Positions 13,570-28,505 of a DNA stretch of 64,000 bases are shown one piece after another (the first letter of the stretch is position 1; each line of letters begins with the position of its first letter). The stretch is from the NCBI RefSeq assembly GCF_018977255.1, contig NW_024704742.1, forward strand, positions 72,914,001 through 72,978,000, given 5' to 3'. Both the position numbers and the translations under genes were made by a program. The notes under the pieces were generated by a model. That model did no database searches, was not told the DNA's origin, and worked only from the letters and a program-made list of their open reading frames with translations. This DNA is from Callorhinchus milii (taxonomy: Eukaryota).

Positions 13570-13865
13570 CATAAGCTCAGGGGAGGATAAACACCTCAGA
13601 GTTACTAATCCTAATCCTAATCAGGAAGTAGTTTTTCACCCCAAAGGGTAATGGAAATCTAGAACTTTCTCTCCCAAAAGGTTGTGGGTGCTGGATCCAT
13701 TCACATTTTCAAGACGTAGGTGGATAGATATTGATTAGGTCAGGGTATTAAGGGATAAGGGGCAATAGTGGGTAATTGGAGTTGAGGTACAGATCACCCA
13801 TGATCTTATGGAACGGCGGAACAGGCTCGAGGGGCTGAATAGCCTATTCCTGTTTCTATGTTTCT
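13570..13865 (+). mobile_element. CR1-clade LINE 3' end
   Basis: 3' segment ggaacaggctcgaggggctgaatagcctattcctgtttctatgtt, shared with the CR1 copy at 62050-62700. Confidence 0.7.
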
Positions 13866-16800
13866 AAAAATAAACTTAAATAAGAATGAAATGGCCTAAT
13901 CCTACCCATAATTTTGCTTCCTGTTTCAGAAGTGTATTAGCAGTGACTGATGCATTTCAGAATGTTTGGATACTGCAGCTTTCAGCAAAAATAGGAAGCG
14001 TATCAATTCAAGTCTTTAGTGCAAACTCAATAGAATCGTTAAGTGTTACCTTTAGTTTGATTCATTTTATCATCATCATCGAACTGTTTAATCTCAAACA
14101 TCTAGATCTTATTTCAGCATATTATACTCAGAGGGGTTAATGTCTGCCTTATGTGCATTGTAAGGCTGACCAGGAGTGCCACCTGGGGGTCAAAGAGAAT
14201 ATTCTGGTTCTTTACCTCAGTGCTTATATATTTGGTGCATTGTTTTTAATTTGTTATTTATACTGTGTTATCACAAAGCTATCACAAAGCATAGCATCAT
14301 ATTGAGGATATGTCAGCTATTATTGAGACCTTAAAAAGTCATATTTGTAACAACAATCACAAATAGTGTCAACTTAATCCTGGGATTTTCAATCCAGATA
14401 TACATGTCAAATCAGAGTTCCCACAGGAGTCCTGATTCCCTCATAAGAATATGTTTAGGCCCCATTGTACTCCCCCCTCCCCGACTTAAACCTGGTTTGC
14501 AAAACATTGCTAAAATGAGGCCTGTACCTTTCAGAATGAGATTTGAGAACAGCCTTGAAGGTACAATCCTCTCAGTCCCACTTGTGAGCTGCATGCACTG
14601 AGCTTATGCATCACCAGCCCCAAAAGATCCAGGTTTTCAGCTACCTGTAAACTTGTAAGCTGTAACTTGTCTCCACACACTTCTAACTGTTGAGCAATGT
14701 AAATACATTGACAAGTAGAGTTTCTAATTTGTCACTTAGCAAAATTAAATGTGACCTTACGCACTGGAGGCTGATCGCCTGATATTCCTGGAAGATTACA
14801 TTGGGGATGGAACCTGTCATCACGTACACTGATAAGTTTTAGACTGCAGATGAAAATAGACATGAGGGATAAAGGGGGAAATGTTCTTTGCTGCAGACAT
14901 ATCCATCCACATTTTAAAATAATATTTCAGATGATATTAAATGACAGAACAGGGGGCAGTCGAGGTAGTCAAATGTGGGAATGAGTTCACAGTGGGATTG
15001 AGCAAAACATCACTAACATTGTAAGCACTAATTGGGCACCTCACTTAATAAGGGCATGAGGATCATTGGTGTGAGAAATTAGACTGCCTGAGATCAGATA
15101 CTGCCAAAGCTCAAAACCTGAAGTAAATACTGAAATGTAGGAAATGGGTAGGAAGGTTATCAGCATTTAAAAGGGAAGTCAGGTTACACTGTGTCACATT
15201 GGTGCGGGAGGCAATGTCTAGTGACTAAGGCACATTTAACAACTATGTGCAGAGTGCTGTTGCTGAAGGCAAACTGGAAAAAATAATTTGGCAATACTGA
15301 CATGCCTCAAACTAATGAGCACCAAGTTCATAAAATCTTTACTCCACTTTTGAATGGGTGTTAATGCTAGAAAAGCACAACTATTTTGGTTTCATTTTAG
15401 ATCCCTTCTATGTGTCCAGATTTCTTGGGCTCAGTGGGTACCAAAACGTTTTGGGGGGTCAATCAAGCCGAGTGTTTGACTTGCAGAAGCCCATCACCAT
15501 GTTCATTACGAGTCTCCCAACCAAACTACTGGGAGTCTACATATTCATGAATGTAACACACATTCTCTGCCTGGAGGGACGTACTTGGCTTGCTCATTAG
15601 TTTGAGGCATGTCAGTCTTGCAGAAATTGCCCCACATCAGGAATTGAAACTCATAGTCTAGGCTAACACTCCAATGCATTGCTGGGGGTATGCTGCATTG
15701 CTGGAGGTGCATCCTTTGAATGAGACGTTGAACTGTCTGCCTGTTCAGGCGGAAGTTGAAGATCCCATGGTATTGCTTGAAAAGAAGAAGGGAGTTTCTC
15801 CCAGTGTCCTGGCAAACAATCTCCCCAAATAAAATTGGTTATTCATTTCATGACTGTTTGTGGGACATTGCTGTACGCAAATTGACGGCCATCACTGGGC
15901 TTAGAGTTTATCCTGTTTTTAAATATCCTGCCAATTTCAAACACGCAATACCAAATGTGAGGATTATTACTATTAAATAACACCAGAGTATTAGGTACAG
16001 ATTAGCAATAACTGTAGCTTGGGCACCTCCAGAGTGTGTGTCGGGGTTTAGCCAACTAAAACCAAGCAGTTTGCTAGCTTGCCATTGACAAGGATCTTGC
16101 TGCTTGGCCCAAAAGGACCACCATATCCATTAGGGCTATGGCTTCCAAGATTAACAGCAGCTGAGGGGGAAGAAACCCAATCTTCAGCGACTGGTCTGCC
16201 CCTCCATATCCTGCTAATGAGGCTGGCTGGTCTTCAACAGTGCCTTAGAGTACTTTGAACTTGTCTGATTACCAAAACTTTTGACAAGTACAGGTTTGAG
16301 TCCCGTTGTGGGTTAAAGCTCCATATTGGTCTTGAGGACAGTCAATACAGTACTGGGGAAGGACTGCATTGTACAAGGTGCACTTATGGATAAAATGTTG
16401 AACTGACGCACCATCTGCCTGCTCAGCCATTGAGGTTAACTGTAGCTGCTGCACCAGCTGAAAATCTGCCAACATTCAAGGAGTTGGTTTTGGGAGCACA
16501 TTGATCACACTGCTCCAAATGCAGAAGTTAATATTTTTTCTTCTTGATTCAACACAATGATCTACCACTGCTGAATTTTGTTTGCATTCTCTGCAACAGC
16601 AAAAAATGTGCTGTATTTCATTTCTTGAGATATAAGCTTGGCTCCTTTGTTATCACTCTTACGTCTGGGTCAGAAAGTTGCTGGTTCAAGTCTCAGTTCA
16701 GACTTCATGTTTAAATTCCAGGCTGACGCTTCAGTGACATGCTGAGGTAGCAATGTGTTGTCGGAGGTGTCGTCCTTCAGATGAGATGTTAAACCAAGAA

Positions 16801-19464
16801 CCGTCTGCCTGTTCAGCTAGATGTTAAAGTGTCTATTTGAAAGGAGAAGTTTGCCCTGGACTCACTGCCAAGGTTCAAAAATAAATAATGGCCATGTGGG
16901 CAGGTTATTGAAGCACAACCAATAACTGTGGAGTGGCAGCTCAGCAAGAGGAAGCCAGACCAGGAGCATATCCACCCCTCCTGCTCCCAACCACCAGCTC
17001 AAGTGTGGATCCCTGACCTTCCAGCACCTTGGGACATACTCTTGATGTGAGAGGCGCTATACAAATATAATTTGTTGTTGCTGGTGAGAAGGAAAAATTT
17101 GAGAAAATAAATGGACACACTAAAGTCACATAAAAAGGAAATTGGTCATTCATCTCCTGGCTGTCCAAAAATTGGCTGCCATGTTCAACTACACATGCTT
17201 TATACTTAACATCAACTTAACATCAACAACTGTTTAGTACTTTGAGATGTTTCAGTGTGATAAGGTGATGTATCAAATGCTAGGAATATTGATTATTATT
17301 TTCATTCTTAGCAAATAGCAATAAAAATAACATTCTGGGCCATATGGTCAATTGATCAGGAGGCTAGGGATCAGTGATTCTGGCTCTAAATTCCAGTTGG
17401 GCGGCTCCAGGTTCTTTGAATCAATAACATTTGCACGTCAATTCTGCTCTCTCCAAACACTGATGTAGACCTTCCACAGTTTAACAGACAACACCATTTC
17501 CAGAACAGACTGAGAACCTGGAGTTCTGCCCAGATAACCATCAACCTTTGGAAATTCCCCACTTGCATTTTTATAGATGGACTTGCATTTCTCATCACCA
17601 TTTATCACATTGAAATGTCTCAAAGTGCTTCACTAGTAAATTCTGTCAAATGCTGTGACTGGATTAGTAGACAAACATAGCAGCCATTTCCATCAGCAAG
17701 GTTCATAAACAAGCATGAGGCAAATGACCAATAATCTGAAGTCCTAATGGCTAGGTCACCAGGAGATTCTAGTTTTGAATAGTGAACAGACAGACAGGAC
17801 CTTGGTTCAACATCCATTGCTAAGTTTGGCACATCCAATGAGGCAGTGTTTTCCTAGTAATGCACTGGAATAATAGCCTAGACTAGGAGATCATCATTAT
17901 CCTCTGGAAAACTACATCAAATTTCTGCAGTATTCTTCACATAACTGATATGTTGCAACACTAGTTTTGATGCAAGAACTCCAAGTTAAACTACCTTTTG
18001 TAGTTACATGTGTGGAGTCCTCCTATTGACCACAATTTCTATAAGAACTGCCAACTATCATAACCCCCTGCAATACTGCACCTCGTCATCATTACCTTTG
18101 ACTCACCCCCACCCCACCCACCATAGAAAAACTGGGGCCTGCTACATGTCCCTCACCCTACTATTGTTAACCAAGCCTTCAGCCGCTATGCGCCCAACCT
18201 CTGGAAATCCCTCCATCAAACCCTCCATCTCATCATACATATATATATATATATATCTACCACTTCAACTGTACCTACAGTTCACCAAACCTTCTCCCTC
18301 ACTCCTACTGTTTAGTGTCTGTCACCATCTCTGTAAAATACTCAGAAATGTTATTCTATGAACGCGCTATATAAAGGAAAGTTTGTAATTGGTGTTGATT
18401 TTTGTCTCTACCAAACACACCGGTATCTATAAACTATACTACAGCACTGAAACTGCCAATTTTGCATATTTTATGGTCCATTCCATCCATGTTGTTAGAT
18501 TTAGAGATTTATTAATCTGAATCTCCAGATCGTTTTGCTTCCTTACTCCTTTTAGGTTCTTACCATATATAACCTATGAATGGCTTCTTAATTCCTCCGA
18601 CCAAAATTAATCACTTTACATTTCTCTATATTGAACTTCATCTGCCACCTATCTACCCATTCTACAAGCTTGTTTGTGTCTTCCTGCATTTTCTTGCATT
18701 CCTCATCATTATTTGTCATATCTTCCAGTTTGGTGTCATCTGCAAGTTAACACCATACCTCCTAAATCTGAGTCCAAATCTTTTATGTACCCGGTGAGCA
18801 ATGATGGAACTAATATAGATATAGATATATAGATACCATCTTCCACTTTCAGCTGAAAGGTCGCAGGAAGTAAATGCATAGCATCTGTGAATGCATACTT
18901 GAAGCTCACCAGGAATATGATAGGGAAGAACAATGTCTATAATAGTTCTGATAAAGTACTGACAGTCAGCAAGGTCAACAGGAAAGTTAAATAAAGAGAA
19001 AATGTTCATTAAAACTGGATGAAAATATATCAGATCTCAAAATATCTGTGCTAATCTTTAAAGCAAAATCACTACTAACCTGATTTGGGCTGTCTGCATC
19101 TTTGGTAATATCTTGTCTTGCCTTATCTATTCTGGGATCTTTTCAAAACCGAATGGAGCATTATATTGTCTCGCACAGGAAAGGTTGTTTAACAGCAAAC
19201 TGTTTCATAATCCCACACCAATACTGCTAGGATACCATATAGTATACAAATGCCTCTGCCAGCATCAGACATTAAAAGAAACGAGTGCCTGAAGTGTTCA
19301 GTTAGTACAAAGAAAATAATCTGAAGCTCATGATTTTCAAAAAAAAACTGTCCATATTACTCATTGTGGGAGGTGATCTCCTGATTTTTTTTTTAAAAGT
19401 ACTGCTATTTGGTCAGTTGGGTATTTGATACATGAATAAACCCATTGGTGTGTTTGACTGTATC

Positions 19465-19920
19465 CAAACAACAACAACAAAATTACATTTTATAGCGCGT
19501 TTCACATCGGGTCGACGTCCCAAGGTGCTGGACAAATAGTTTTGGATCCGAACTCGGGGTCAGGGAGAATGGAGGGCAGGGGAGGGAAGCAGGGAGATCG
19601 AAAGCACAGTCAAAGAGGAGGGTCTTGAGATGGGTCTGAAGGTGGCAAGGGAGAGGGCGAGGTAGAGGGACTGTGGGATGGAGTTCCAGAGGGTGGGGGC
19701 AGAGTGGCAGAAGGCACGTCCATCAATGGCGGGGAACGTGTAACAGGCCGGAGCCCGCTGAGCGGAGAGAGTGAGCAGGATGGTAGAGGGTCAGGAAGTC
19801 GCAGAGGTAGAGAGGAGCAAGACCATGGAGGGCCTTGAAGCTGAGGACCAGGATGTTGAACTGTATCCTCCGTGCAATGGGAAGCCAGTGGAGTCGGGCA
19901 AGGATGGGGGTGCTATCACC
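19465..19920 (-). mobile_element. L2 LINE 3' fragment
   Basis: [31 protein letters not shown] and a (caa)n tail on the + strand. Confidence 0.88.
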
Positions 19921-20199
19921 ACACTGAGTTCCACATATGTGAACCACCTTTGAAAAGAATGGAATGGAGAGTGCATTTTTTCCCTGAAGGGATGTACTTT
20001 ACTTGCCTAATTCCAGAGAGTATCAGGTGCAGGATGGTGAGAGCAAGGTTTAGGGACCCCAGAATGTGCATTTGAGTACCACTGGAGGCTAACTAGCCCA
20101 CTATTGATGCAGCACGAACCACCTTATTATTTATGGCTTTGATTTACAATGTTAACCAAAGTTAAATGGGAAGAATCCCTGTTCCCAGTGATTGTTATA

Positions 20200-21622
20200 C
20201 CCAACCTATTTCTAACCTGCCCTTCCTCTCAAAAGTTCTAGTATGTGTTGTTGCCAACCAACTTCGCTTACACCTCTCCTCCCACTCTCTCTTTGAACCC
20301 CTCCAGTCCGGTTTCCGCCCTGCCCACAGTCAGAGACTGTGCTTGTGAGAGTCACAAACAATATCCTCTCTATCTGTGACCAAGGCTCTCTCTGCCTCCT
20401 TGTCCTCCTGGAACTCTCCGCCGCATTCGACACAGTCGATCACCCCACCCCATCCTCCTCTACTGCACCTCCGTCATCCACCTCAGTGGGACCGCACTCG
20501 CCTGGTTCGAGTCCTACCTCACATACCGCCAGCAGTACATCTGCACAAACGGCTTCACCTCCCGCTCTTACCCGGTTACCTGTGGGGTACCCCAAGGATC
20601 CATCCTTGGCCTCCTCCTCTTTCTGATCTACATGCTCCCTCTTCGGCATGTCACCCACAGACATGGGGTATATTTTCACATGTATGCAGACGACACCCAA
20701 CTCTATTTTTCCACCTCTCTTTGCGACCCCCAGTCCCCTGATGTTCTGTCAGCCTGCCTGTCAGATCTCAGGGGCTGGATGAGCACAAATTTCCTTCAGC
20801 TGAATGATGACAAGATGGAAGCCATACTCTTTGGCTCTCATCAACGTGTAAAATCTCACAGCTCTCACCTCCTCCACCTACCCGACCTCCCCCTAAAACT
20901 CTCCGAACCTGTAAGCAACCTAGGCGTCAGGTTCGACCCCCAATTATCCTTCCTCCCCCATATCCAGTCCCTTACCAGCACAGCTTTCTTCCACCTCCGA
21001 CCAATCGCCTGTCTCCGCCAATACCTCGCTCCAAAAGCCACTGAAACCCTGGTCTATGCCTTTGTCACCTCTCGGCTGGACTACTCTAATGCCCCCTCGC
21101 CGGTCTCCCATCCACTACCATCCATAAAATTCAAATCATTCAAAAGTCTACCGCCCACATTCTCACCTGTAGGAAACTCCGCTCTCCTATTACCCCAGTC
21201 CTTGCCAGACTGCACTGGCTGCCTGTCCCAGAAAGGATTGATTTCAAGATCCTCACCCTTGTATTCAAGTCCCTGCACTCCTCTGCACCCCCCTACCTCT
21301 CTGACCTCCTCTCTCCTCAAAACAGTACCAATTGCTTTTGTTCCTCAGGGTCTGGCCTCCTCCTCGTCCCCCGAGTCCTCCGTTCCACCCTCGGCGACCT
21401 CGAGGCTCTGGAACTCCCTTCCCCACTCCCTTCACCTTGCCCACTCTCTTCCTATTTTCAGGTCTCTGCTGAAGACCTTTCTTTTTGATTGCACCTTTGG
21501 TCACCTTCCTCCCCCTCCCCCTGGCTCGGCCCCGGGATCCGTTACTGTGAAGCGCTCTGAGACGCTGTCCGGCGTGGAGGGCGCTATATAAATCCAAGTT
21601 GTTGTTGTTGTTGTTGTTGTTA
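20200..21622 (+). mobile_element. 5'-truncated L2 LINE of a distinct subfamily
   Basis: [22 protein letters not shown] and FVTSRLDY motifs with a (gtt)n tail. Confidence 0.92.
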
Positions 21623-22204
21623 TCCAAGTCCTGCCAACAAGCACGATTGGCTAGTCTGTCATCAGCAGTGCTTTGGAATAGTGCAGCCACATGCAACTCA
21701 GAAACCAGACTACCAAAACCATCACAAAAGATCAACTCAATCCTGATTCTGATTTTCCATTGACAGGCATGTCACCTTAGAGCCAACTCAGCCCCAAGGA
21801 GGACACACTTGCCTCCCCTCCCCTCCCTTCCCCAGGATTATAGTCACTCATTGGTCATGAGAACAGACAGGACGGATAGAGACCGGGTTTTGGATGGTTT
21901 ACTGAATGATGGGATTTGTTGAGCCAAATAACATTTCAAAGTTCACAATTTACTTATTGTGTATTATCTGTAGGATCAAATTCCCTGTGGAATGCAATAG
22001 TTCCCATGCTGCTGTAACCATGGATACAGCATGTATAGAATATCTTTTGGGTTGAAATTACAGCATAGGAAGAGGTCATATTGTCCTTTGTTTATACTGA
22101 TAGCAGCTCCTCCACTGGAGCTAACTACCCTCAACCCTTTCCCCTACATTTTTCCCATGTACAACACAAGGTTGAATTATTAGGTTGGGAGAAATTCCTC
22201 AATT

Positions 22205-22513
22205 AATAACAATAATCCTTGCATTTAATGTAGCGCTTTTCACGTCTTCTAGACGTTTCAAAGCGCTTCACAAAATAGACTGTAAAGTGAATTGCCCGTA
22301 TATTTGTGGGCGAAACGCAGCAGCCAATTGTGCACAGCAATGTCCCACAAACAGTCCTGGATTGAAAATGACCAATTTATTATTGTTTTGTTTTGGGGGT
22401 ATTATTATTAGGCATGTGGAGTAAGGAAACTTGCCCAAGGTTTCGCCCTGCCTGGAATTGAACCCAGGTGTCTCGCTTGCAAACCGAGTGCTCTAACCAC
22501 TGAACTGCAGGAC
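22205..22513 (-). mobile_element. Young tRNA(Ala)-like Deu-domain SINE
   Basis: Reverse complement of the family at 53915 and 63650. Confidence 0.88.
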
Positions 22514-23519
22514 AGCTATTATTATAATAATAATAATTAAGTTTTAAACCTGTCTGAAAATTGCTGATATTCCTCAGATGAAAGCTTAAACCATGCTCTT
22601 GTCTGCCTGTTCAGGTAGATATTAAAGGTCCCATGGCACTATTCGAAAAGAGAAGGGAGTTTCTACAGGTGTCCTGGCCAACATTAGTGCATCCTTTACA
22701 TTTGATATAGTACCTTTCATGTCAGGAGAACATCTCAAACACGTCAGGAACAGGAGAAGGCCGTTCAAAGGGCTGAACAACCTCCTCCTGTTCCTATGTT
22801 CATAGGATTTTGCTGTAAGGTGTAGTTACTGTGCATTTTCTAGGCAAACAAAGCAGCCAATTTGTACACAGTAATGTTCAACAGGCAACCGTGAAGTGAA
22901 GTACAGCACTCACCCACATAAAATTGGTTATTTTTTGGCTGTTCGTGAGAACACTGTTGTGCATGTCAAATTGGCTGCTTTGTTCACCCGGAAATATACA
23001 ATATCACCATGAACCTCCATCTTCATCCCCAAATCCAAATGCAGGAGACGATGGACTTCCTAATGTCAAAAACAGAGTGGATTCCCTCAACTACCTGTAC
23101 CTCCGCTACCTCTTCCAGCACAGAACCACAACCCCCATCCTAGACTCCGCTTACCACTCCTTCCACATCTTTAATTCTGCCTCTCCCACATCCCTCTTCT
23201 CATTTTTTACATGAAACCTACCACCTTGACCCCATTTTCCCTCCATCACCTCTATTCAAATGCCCTGCTCACCAACTCATCCATCACAAGCTACAGACAA
23301 TCCTGAACTCTGCAACATATGTCCTTTCCCACACCAGGCTCCGCAAGCCTATCATCCCACTTTTGCTCAAATCCACTGGCTCCCATCTCCTCCCCCCAAT
23401 CAAATTCTATATTCTTTCCCCACTTTCAAAAGTCTCCACGGGCTCACCTCAGCCAAGCTTTGATTCCCTACAGCCTTGGCCACTACTTCTGCTGAGCAAA
23501 CATCTGCCTGCTTTATTCA

Positions 23520-24292
23520 CACTCCCCCTCACCAAGCCAATCAGGAACCTGGGCATCTTGTTCAACCCTCAACTGTCCTTTCTCCCCCATATCCGTGCCA
23601 TGACCTGCTCTGCCTTTCCCCACCTCCTCAACATTGCCCGACTCCACCATTGCCTCACCCCCCAGGTCGCCAAAACCCTCATATATGCATTCGCCACCTC
23701 AAGGCTTGACTACGGAAACTCCCTCTTTGTCGGCCTCCCCATCTCTTCCCTCAACAAGCCGCAGCTCATCCAGAACTCTGCAGCTCGTGTTCTCTCCCGC
23801 ACCAGGTTCGGTGACACTATCACCCCCACCCTCACCCAACTCCACTGGCTCCCCATCCCTCAGAGGATACAGTTCAAAATCCTTGTCTTCACCTTCAAGG
23901 CCCTCCACGGCCTTGCCCCCTCCTACATCTCTGACCTGTTGATCCCCTATCAACCTGTCCACTCCCTCCATTCAGCAGACTCTGGCCTGCTCCAGGTCTC
24001 CCACCCGATCCGCCCCACTATCGGCGGCCGGGCTTTCAGCCTCACTGCCCCCACTCTTTGGAACTCCATCCCACAATTCCTTTGCCTTGCTCCCTCCCTT
24101 GCCTCCTTTAAGCCACGACTCAAGACCCTTCTTTTTGACCGTGCCTTCAGCCACCGTCCTAACTCTCTCTGCCCTCACTCATACCAACCCTACCCCTCCC
24201 CACGCTTGGGTCCTGATCCCTGACTGTTCAGCGCCTTGCAACATCCTCCCGACGTGCAAAGCGCTTTACAAATATAATGTTGTTGTTGTTGT
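23520..24292 (+). mobile_element. L2 LINE 3' portion
   Basis: ORF 23363..24223 contains RNLGILF..QLSF.PHI...SRLDYGNSL...HWLPI.QRIQFK, followed by a (gtt)n tail. Confidence 0.92.
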
Positions 24293-24437
24293 CTCCTATC
24301 TTTGCTTTCATTCAATTTCATTAACTGAGTCAGTCATATTGCATTCACATCAATCATTTGACAAATTGAAGGTCTGTGCAAATTTAAATATTATTGCAAA
24401 GGATTTTTTAATAAATACTAATCTGCTATTTTGTTAG

Positions 24438-24497
24438 TGTTTCAGCAAAAGACTACAAAGGAAGCCGATGAGAAACTGTATGCTGTGCCCCGAGATG
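24438..24497 (+). CDS. BANK1: BANK1 coding exon (phase 1 to 1), VFQQKTTKEADEKLYAVPRD
   Basis: Acceptor ttttgttag and donor g|gtaaga. Continues IAQ-VFQQKT exactly as in BANK1. Confidence 0.93.
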
Positions 24498-25564
24498 GTA
24501 AGAAGCTTGTTACTTTACAAAGCCACACAGTAGCTACTGGAGGTTGATAGGTTTGCTCAGTTGTGTTGCTTGGAGATAGTACAGGGTAGTTCTCCTGCAC
24601 TATTATGGGCCATGAGATTTGCTCGATTTCCTGCAAAGCGTTAAGCCATTTAGGTTCCTCCCAACATCACGTCCTGCAAAGCAAGACATAACATCGGAGG
24701 TGACCCTCAGCTGGCTACAAACGATCGTAGCGCAAAAAGCCAACGGACATGCAGGAAATGAGCAGGAAAACTCCCATCTCTTTAAGTAGTGCCACTACAG
24801 TCCACCTGAACAGGATGATAGCATGGCATCTTCAACAGTGTAGCACACTCCTATCCTTGAATTGAAGGTAGCACATGCTTTGTCAAAGCCTGCTGGCTCC
24901 CAGCCACTTTGAGCCCAGGGAAGCCTCCGTCTATTGTGTTGCCAACAGGACTGTTACATTATCAACTCCACTTTTTGGCTGATAAACACAGCCTGTCTGA
25001 CAGACCATGAAAAAGCTGAATTTTACAGACTGCACAAAAGGATTTAACAAATAAAATTTTGGTTACCAATTTTGGGCAAAGGTTAATCACGTCAATAGAC
25101 CATGGCTCCTCTGTTGTATCTTGCTCTGGAACTAGAAGATAGATGATTAAAAACTCTTAGTACTCGGCAAACAGATGGCTTTGTACCATACAAGCAGATT
25201 TGTAATCCTGCAGCAACAAAGAGGTGTCAGATATGCTTCAATAAATTCCCTTTTTAAGCATCAATTCCCAATCATATTTTATCAAACCAATACAATGGCT
25301 TGGCACCACATCAATTATGTCATATCTCAGATAGCATAGCTTAACTGTACCAGAATGTTTGCCAAGTGAAGAGATGGTTTATATTGATGCACATTTCAAA
25401 ATACCTGTTGTATTTATAGACTTGGACACAAGTTATATTTCTGTAATGCCCAGTTCTAACTGAAAACTCAAAGTCATTTATCACAATAATTACATTGGGT
25501 TCTATCCTGTTGCTGCCAACTGAAGCAGCCCATATTTCTAACTGACCTCTTTGTGTCAAACCAG

Positions 25565-25740
25565 CTGCCAGAGGCGAAAGCCCCACGTATGATACATTTG
25601 GAAAACTCCAGAGCCCAGCCCAGCAGCAGCTCATCCATTTGCAACAACAAGTCAAGAAGGGCATGCTGAAACTGGATGAAGCTGAGGAAAAATTCAAACA
25701 GTGGCAGAGAGAACAAAAGGATCAAGACACCATACAACAG
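25565..25740 (+). CDS. BANK1: BANK1 coiled-coil exon (phase 1 to 0), AARGESPTYDTFGKLQSPAQQQLIHLQQQVKKGMLKLDEAEEKFKQWQREQKDQDTIQQ
   Basis: Acceptor ccag and donor cag|gtccag (weak). Matches the BANK1/BCAP pattern QEELI.LQE.VK.G..S.DEA..KFK.WQ. Confidence 0.95.
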
Positions 25741-27394
25741 GTCCAGGAGCAAACCATGTTCCTGAGGCTACAAGACTCAATACATTATTTAAAAAAAAAC
25801 TATTTTTAGAACCCAATCCACACGTTTGCCTCTAAATAATTTAGCGGTCACCTCTTATACCTAGAGAAAACTTGCTGGTACAATTGGCATCAAAACATTA
25901 TTTGAGGAAGCAATGTAAATGGAGGGATTGCTTCTTGTGAGGTTTTGCACAAAATGGGCTTTTCTTTTTATTGTTTTGTCTTTCCTTTTTGTTCTTTCCA
26001 CCCAGCTCCTATTACCCTTGCAAGCCAAAGCCCTAACAGGTAGGGTTATCATAGTTGGACAAGCAGTAGGAAGTTTGCCAGACAGTGTTTTCAATGACAA
26101 GCTATGCAGTTTTAGCTGATTAAACACCAGCAGAATCCCAACAACCAGTCTGGGGTCCCCAAACCTTGGCTCTTCCCAACCTGCGCCGAATACTCTCCGA
26201 AATTAGGTAAATAGGGTGTATCCCTCTGGGGACTGTGCATTTGCATTTGAAAGACAAGGACATTTCCAAATGCGGAGCTCTGCCTGGTTTCCGCTTGTCA
26301 GACACCTAGATGACCCCCAAAAATCATTTTTATTATTTACTTAACAACAACAAAATTACATTTGTATAGCACCTTTCATGCCGGGAGGACATTCACCTCA
26401 GATATAAGCGCTGCGAGATGCTGCCCCGTATGAAGGGCGCTATACAAGTGCAAGTTGTTGTTACTGTTGTTATTTGCCAACAAGATACACATTCACTGCA
26501 CTCTAGTAAATTCTGTGAAGAAATTTGCAAAGTCCTCTCAACAGGGAAAGGCACAACATCAAATGCAAAGATTATTATTTTATTTTCATTTTCCTGTTGA
26601 TTTTTTTTCCAGGAAAGGTTAAAACTGCCTTATTCTATTTGGCTTTTCTTACTTGCTGGGGATAACTCACTGTAATTCACTCACTGATCAAGATAAATAG
26701 CTGCCATGCGTAGCTCCATTTCATGTTGACAGGTGCTAAAAAATCTGTGTGAGCCTCACTCTCTAGTTCTCATTCAAGAGAACTTCTAGTTTGTATTTAC
26801 TTTTTACATTAGAAGAAAGAAGATTGACCTGAGAGCGGTCTTCAAAATTACGAAGGATTTTGATAGGGAGTCAATAGGGAGACATCATTTCTTCTGGTCG
26901 GTGAGTCAGTAGCTAGAGGGCACCAAGTTAAGATAGTTAGTAAATGAACAAATGGTCATCTTGATCAGTGAGTGAATTACTTTCTTCACAGGATTACTGG
27001 GTGTAAAATGTTTGGAAGAAGTCAGAGCTAATCCATCCTTTAAAATAATAATGTCTTGCATTTGATATAGCACTTTATTACCTATTTGAGATAGGATATA
27101 CTGCAGCACGCAGTGACCTTGTATTTTGTAAGCAAATATACTTCTCATCCAGTGTAGCCAGAGGGTAATGGAAGTTAGAAAGATTCCATCATTTATCTGT
27201 TTTCGTGTTAGAATTTTTTTCATGCACACAGTAGTTAGGATATGGAATGCCTTGTCAGGAGCAGTGGTTGAAGCAGAATCAATATTAGCTTTCAAAATGG
27301 AAGTAGATAAATATCTAAAAAGGAGTAAACTCAGGAGTATGGAGAAAGGTAGGAAAAATAGCACTGAAAGGTTTGCTTTTTAAAAGAACCGACA

Positions 27395-28505
27395 GCAACA
27401 ACAATAAATTACATTTGTATAGCACCTTTCACATCAGGAGGACGTCCCAAGGGTGCTGGACAGTCAGAGATCCACACCCAAGCTGGTGGTTGGATCAGGA
27501 GTGCTGGAGGACGGGAGGGTAGGAGTAGGAGTGTGACCGAAGGCACGGTCGAAGGGGAGGGTCTTGAAGGAGGCAAGGGAGGGGCGAGGCAGAGGGACTG
27601 TGGGATTGAGTTCCAGAGGGTAAAGGCAGAGTGGCTGACGGTCCACCCGCCAATGGTGGGGCGGGCAAGGCGGGGTTGTGAAGCATGCCAGAGCCAGGTG
27701 AGCGGAGGTTGCGGACAGGTTGGTAGGGGGTTAGGAGGTCAGAGAGGTAGGGGGGAGCAAGACCATGGAGGGCTTTGAAGGTGAGGACCAGGATCTTGAA
27801 CTATATCCTCTGTGTCATGGGAAGCCAGTGGAGTTGGGTGAGGATGGGGGTGATAGGAATTTGGAGTCTGGTGCGAGAGAGGACATGGGCCGCAGAGTTC
27901 TGGATGATCTGCAGCCTATGGAGTGAGGAGTTGGAGAGGCCAACAAGCAGGGAGTTTGTGTAGGCGAGCCTGGACATGATGAATGCATGGATGAGGATCT
28001 CAGTGGCCTGCGGTAAGAGACAGTGGCGGAGCCGGGTGATGTTGCAGAGGTGGGGAAAGGCAGAGCGAGTCATGACACAGATGTGGGGGATGCAGGGACA
28101 GCTGAGGGTCGAACAGGATGCCGAGGTTCCGTATTGGCTCTGTGAGATGTTGACTGCATCCATGAAGGGTGATGCTGTCAGTACCCAAGGTATGGAGGAA
28201 CTGACAGGAGCCAAGCAGGAGGGCCTCAGTATTGTTGACATTCAACTGCACAAAGTTAGCTCTCATCCAGGACTTAATGTCCGACAGGCAATCTGTGAGG
28301 ACAGCAGTGGTCCTGGAGTTGAGGGTGGAGACGGAGGGGTAGAGTTGGGTATCATCTGAATACATGTGGAAGTTGACCCCATATCTATGGATGATGTCAC
28401 CAAGAGGGAGTATGTAAATGTTGAAAAGGAGGGGACCAAGGACAGAGCCCTGAGGAACGCCACATGTGACAGTGCGGTGACTAGAGGAGAAACCGTTAGT
28501 GGAGA
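27395..28505 (-). mobile_element. 5'-truncated L2 LINE
   Basis: [22 protein letters not shown] and LHWLP motifs; 3' tail at ~27395. Confidence 0.92.
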
